From IMG/VR virus record IMGVR_UViG_3300026549_000895, positions 64,001 through 128,000 of that record: DNA of 64,000 bases. One strand, given 5' to 3'. The DNA comes from a virus. Its lineage: Duplodnaviria; Caudoviricetes. The position numbers were made by a program, and so were the translations under genes. Below, piece by piece: positions 60,711-64,000 of the stretch (positions within the stretch are counted from its first letter, which is position 1; each line of letters begins with the position of its first letter). Below the pieces are notes generated by a model, which was not told where the DNA came from, searched no databases, and saw only the letters and a list, made by a program, of their open reading frames with translations.

Positions 60711-61307
60711 TCAGAACTTGATACCGTATACGCGCACAAGTCCGTTTGTGTCCGATAAGTTATTAGCTATTTTCTGTACAGTCGTGTCTTTAATGTACCA
60801 ATTGGTTGAGCGTCTCTCGAATGAAGTATGGAGGAAGTAATTATTTTTTAGCGAATTATTAAGCACATACACCGGTATTATCGGAGAAAACATCGTTGCG
60901 TTCCAGCGAGGGTCATCCAGATCATCACTCCACGATACCATCTCGAGTTGTATTGCGTCATAGTTGTTGATGTTATCGTGCAGCGTCCCCGTGAACGGCT
61001 CATATGGGATAGTGCCGCTGTTGTCTGCGGTGTAGTCCCATAGAACTGTAATACTGTAATTTCCACCACCGCCTCCACCTCCTCCTTCTTCGGGAAAGTA
61101 GTCGTAATAATTTCTTCCATTTATGACGTTTGACGTTCCAGATTCATATACCGTATACTTAGGAATCTGAATAAGATCCTTTACTTCCTTTGCATTTGCA
61201 GAATATCCAATAACTGGATTCGGCAAATTGATAATTGCTATATTGATGGGATTTAACTCCGGAACAGAGATATCATAAACATCAATACTTATTGTATGAT
61301 CAGCCAT
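60711..61307 (-). CDS. putative virion accessory protein with a poly-Gly linker
   Basis: GGGGGGG linker; C-terminal L.DNINNYDAI..RVYGIK module of the type seen at tail-fibre tips. Confidence 0.6.
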   Translation of the reverse strand: MADHTISIDVYDISVPELNPINIAIINLPNPVIGYSANAKEVKDLIQIPKYTVYESGTSNVINGRNYYDYFPEEGGGGGGGGNYSITVLWDYTADNSGTIPYEPFTGTLHDNINNYDAIQLEMVSWSDDLDDPRWNATMFSPIIPVYVLNNSLKNNYFLHTSFERRSTNWYIKDTTVQKIANNLSDTNGLVRVYGIKF

Positions 61308-61335
61308 GGCTTTTCGTTCCTTTCTATAATTTAAT

Positions 61336-61347
61336 TAAAAATCCGTT
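61336..61347 (-). promoter_or_regulatory. putative late promoter AACG-N6-TA
   Basis: AACGGATTTTTA upstream of 60711..61307. Confidence 0.45.
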
Positions 61348-61374
61348 CGAAACATTATTCCTTCTTCATACATG

Positions 61375-61389
61375 TATATCTTTAATATG
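61375..61389 (+). promoter_or_regulatory. putative early promoter TATATCTTTAATATG
   Basis: Identical 15-mer at 25585 and 57322. Confidence 0.7.
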
Positions 61390-61440
61390 ATATGATAATG
61401 ATTCATATTATAATTCAATAAAACGGAGGTCGATTTAAAA

Positions 61441-63654
61441 ATGAATAAAAATGAAGAATGGAAATTTGTGGATTGGATACCAGGTTTTCCAAAAGACATA
61501 TTAAAAATATCTTCAACTGGACGAGTTTTGAAGAAAACAAACGACACGCTTGTGGAAGTAATAGGTGACAGATTTAAGGTAAACGTAGATAAACAAAAAT
61601 ACTATTTTAGCGCATCAAAGCTTATGTTTTGGGCTTTTCGTTCAAATGAATTAAATGTTTCTTTTGAAGAATTCAGTGCTTCAACAATCATGATAGTAAA
61701 ACCGAAAGACTACTTTAAGCCATTGGATGTATTTACTAATGCAATCATTCGTAACCCAAAATCATTGGATTATATTAAAAAATATAAACCAATAGAAGAC
61801 AAATTTAAAGAATTCCCTCTAAATTATACGAAATATCATTATGATATAATTCATTTATCATCGGAGGAGGTCAATAGTATTGTTACAAACTATTGTCATG
61901 AAATTGGCCTTCCGGAAAGCAAAGAATTGTTAGATTTGTTCAAACTTGCATTTTGCGATCAAGCAGACAGTAAATCAAAAGTAAGCAAATCAAAGTTACC
62001 TCGCGGTAAGTATTCCCAATATGTTTCGTTATTGAAGACAATACCTAATATTTTGGAACTCCCTGAAGGATTTAAATATGTAAAAATTGACGGAATTCCC
62101 AAGAACAAATACATCATTTCAAAGGATGGTAGATTGTTCAATCGATGGGAAAATGACAAGCCTGTCATAATAAATGATAGATTAAACGATGTAACACTAA
62201 CCGCGTCACCATTAAACCAATATAGGGTATGTATATTCATGGCCCGTTTAATGGCGTTTTGTTTCCATGATGACTTCAATCCTGAATCAGATGTTGTAGA
62301 AATAATAGACACCAATCGAAAAGATTTGTTTGCGCTGGATAATATTGCGTATAGTACACGCACTGGGATATACATGAGAAAAAAATACAAAGGTGACTTT
62401 CAAACAATTTTATTTAATAATTTATCAATAGAAGATAAAAATGTTCCGTTTGACATCATAGAAAAGTTCAGCAAAATAATAGTTGGAGAAAAACAATATG
62501 ACTTCATCAAAAAATATTTGTCTTCAGATCTACAGCGAAGTGACTATGATAACTTTCTAAAAGAATACGGATACAAAACTGACAAAACTTTGACAACTAA
62601 AGCAAAACTCACGCTGAATAAAATATCAAGAGATATTAATACATTTATTGATGGATGGAAAAATGGTGAAATATGGAAAAAGTGTGATTTCATGGGAGAT
62701 GACACAATTCCGGGATATTGGATATCTTCACATGGCAGATTTATTAACGAAAATCATGTAATGCAAAATGAGAAAAGAAATGGACCGGATGTATTATTCG
62801 TTAATGCAATTTTGTCATCTGGTAAATCAAAACAATATCCATTGATTAAATTGATGGCATATAATTTTATACCAAATCCAAAAGGATATTCGCATGTCTC
62901 ATACAAAAATGGATACGATCTTTCTATTGATAATATCGAATGGTGCGAAGAAGGATCTAATAAATCAGATGTTAAAATATCTTTTCATGATTGGGTAGAA
63001 TCCGATAACGACGATATGTGGGTTCCATTAATACAACCCGGTATTGATGAGAATAGGTATGAAATAACCCGTTCTGGTAAAATCAGAGATCTTGTAGAAC
63101 ATAGAATCGTACCCATAACCGGAAGCCGTCGATTAAAATTTACCAATATCAATGAATTTATAAAAATATCTCTTATTGACGAATTCGACAAGATAAGAAT
63201 TTACAATATACACAGACTAATAGCACAATCATTTCTAATTAATGATTATAACGATAAATATGTCATCTTTCTCGATAACAATCATAGGAATATTAATTTG
63301 GATAATTTGTGTTATTCTAAATCACCAATGTTTGAAAAATGGGAAACTTTCAAAAGACATTTCAGATATCAGATTGATGGTCATGATATGATTGAAGATG
63401 TTCACACTACAAGCACAAATATCGAATGTTCCCGTTTCTGTGAACAATCTGATTGCCATATTATATGTAAGGAATTTGTCGAAAATGATTTCAACAAAGC
63501 ACTGACACGACGGAAACTTTATAAGTCTGGAATAAAGGTGAGTAGAGAAACGTTAAACGAGATATTTACTGGAAATTATTATAGAAATATTTCTCGTAAA
63601 TATTTTACGTATGATCCTTCCAAAAAAGGCAAAGCTCGTTGGGTAGCGGTATAA
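61441..63654 (+). CDS. multi-NUMOD4/HNH-derived protein
   Basis: Four NUMOD4-like units (ISSTGRV, ISKDGRL, ISSHGRF, ITRSGKI), each followed by a degenerate HNH-like segment. Confidence 0.7.
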   Translation: MNKNEEWKFVDWIPGFPKDILKISSTGRVLKKTNDTLVEVIGDRFKVNVDKQKYYFSASKLMFWAFRSNELNVSFEEFSASTIMIVKPKDYFKPLDVFTNAIIRNPKSLDYIKKYKPIEDKFKEFPLNYTKYHYDIIHLSSEEVNSIVTNYCHEIGLPESKELLDLFKLAFCDQADSKSKVSKSKLPRGKYSQYVSLLKTIPNILELPEGFKYVKIDGIPKNKYIISKDGRLFNRWENDKPVIINDRLNDVTLTASPLNQYRVCIFMARLMAFCFHDDFNPESDVVEIIDTNRKDLFALDNIAYSTRTGIYMRKKYKGDFQTILFNNLSIEDKNVPFDIIEKFSKIIVGEKQYDFIKKYLSSDLQRSDYDNFLKEYGYKTDKTLTTKAKLTLNKISRDINTFIDGWKNGEIWKKCDFMGDDTIPGYWISSHGRFINENHVMQNEKRNGPDVLFVNAILSSGKSKQYPLIKLMAYNFIPNPKGYSHVSYKNGYDLSIDNIEWCEEGSNKSDVKISFHDWVESDNDDMWVPLIQPGIDENRYEITRSGKIRDLVEHRIVPITGSRRLKFTNINEFIKISLIDEFDKIRIYNIHRLIAQSFLINDYNDKYVIFLDNNHRNINLDNLCYSKSPMFEKWETFKRHFRYQIDGHDMIEDVHTTSTNIECSRFCEQSDCHIICKEFVENDFNKALTRRKLYKSGIKVSRETLNEIFTGNYYRNISRKYFTYDPSKKGKARWVAV

Positions 63655-63661
63655 GATAAAA

Positions 63662-63693
63662 ATGAATAGCCGGGGAATCCCCGGCTATTCATT
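63662..63693. terminator. bidirectional terminator
   Basis: AATGAATAGCCGGGG-AAT-CCCCGGCTATTCATT. Confidence 0.85.
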
Positions 63694-63700
63694 TTTTTCT

Positions 63701-63976
63701 TTATGACAACAATTCAGGTCTTGAATTGCAATGGAGAATTAATACATCTCCTGTATGAACATAATGTTCGCCTGTTGTATTCTCGATATCATCAGAAACT
63801 ATTTTGTCTGATACTATACCAGGTACATGGATTGTTCCAGTTGTTGTATCGACATAAACAGTATTCATTCGGTAACCTAAATTGTCAACGTCTGTAGTTG
63901 AAGACGATGTTTCCGCATATGACATCAGCAGAGGTCTGAGTTTAGCATCTGTTGTAGTTATAAGTCTCTGACGCAT
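63701..63976 (-). CDS. tail-associated protein C-terminal part; may continue beyond the window
   Basis: RPLLMSY..VYVDTTTGTI resembles the fibre linker RPILFG in 44727..51080. Confidence 0.45.
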   Translation of the reverse strand: MRQRLITTTDAKLRPLLMSYAETSSSTTDVDNLGYRMNTVYVDTTTGTIHVPGIVSDKIVSDDIENTTGEHYVHTGDVLILHCNSRPELLS

Positions 63977-64000
63977 ATGGATATCAGTATTTGCAATAGT

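Noticed and set aside
1-64000. Alternative genetic code, and the many short antisense ORFs
   Set aside because: Long genes are intact under the standard code; antisense ORFs are shadows of real genes

Overview
AT-rich (roughly 30-35% GC by eye) segment of a large (jumbo-type) phage genome, probably infecting a Firmicutes-like host (strong AGGAGG Shine-Dalgarno sites, standard genetic code). Left to right it holds: (1) a DNA repair block with an NAD-dependent ligase carrying an in-frame NUMOD4-HNH insert, a macrodomain protein, a metallophosphoesterase, an SbcD/Mre11-like nuclease and a UvsX/RecA recombinase; (2) a minus-strand operon of large virion/tail proteins; (3) a 1.9-kb noncoding operon with tRNA-Glu, -Asn and -Leu interspersed with more than ten abutting closed-stem RNA domains, several ending in ACCA; (4) about 35 kb of small minus-strand accessory genes, including two intact TnpA-less tnpB genes with a covarying omegaRNA scaffold, a dCMP-deaminase fusion, a stand-alone NrdD glycyl-radical tail and a BCS1-like AAA ATPase; (5) two long tail-fibre/adhesin genes and degenerate NUMOD4/HNH proteins. 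Two intergenic motif classes, TATATnTTTAnTATG and (A/G)AC(A/G)-N6-TA, resemble the early and late promoters of phiKZ/AR9-type phages that encode their own RNA polymerases. All calls come from reading the sequence; no searches or folding programs were run.
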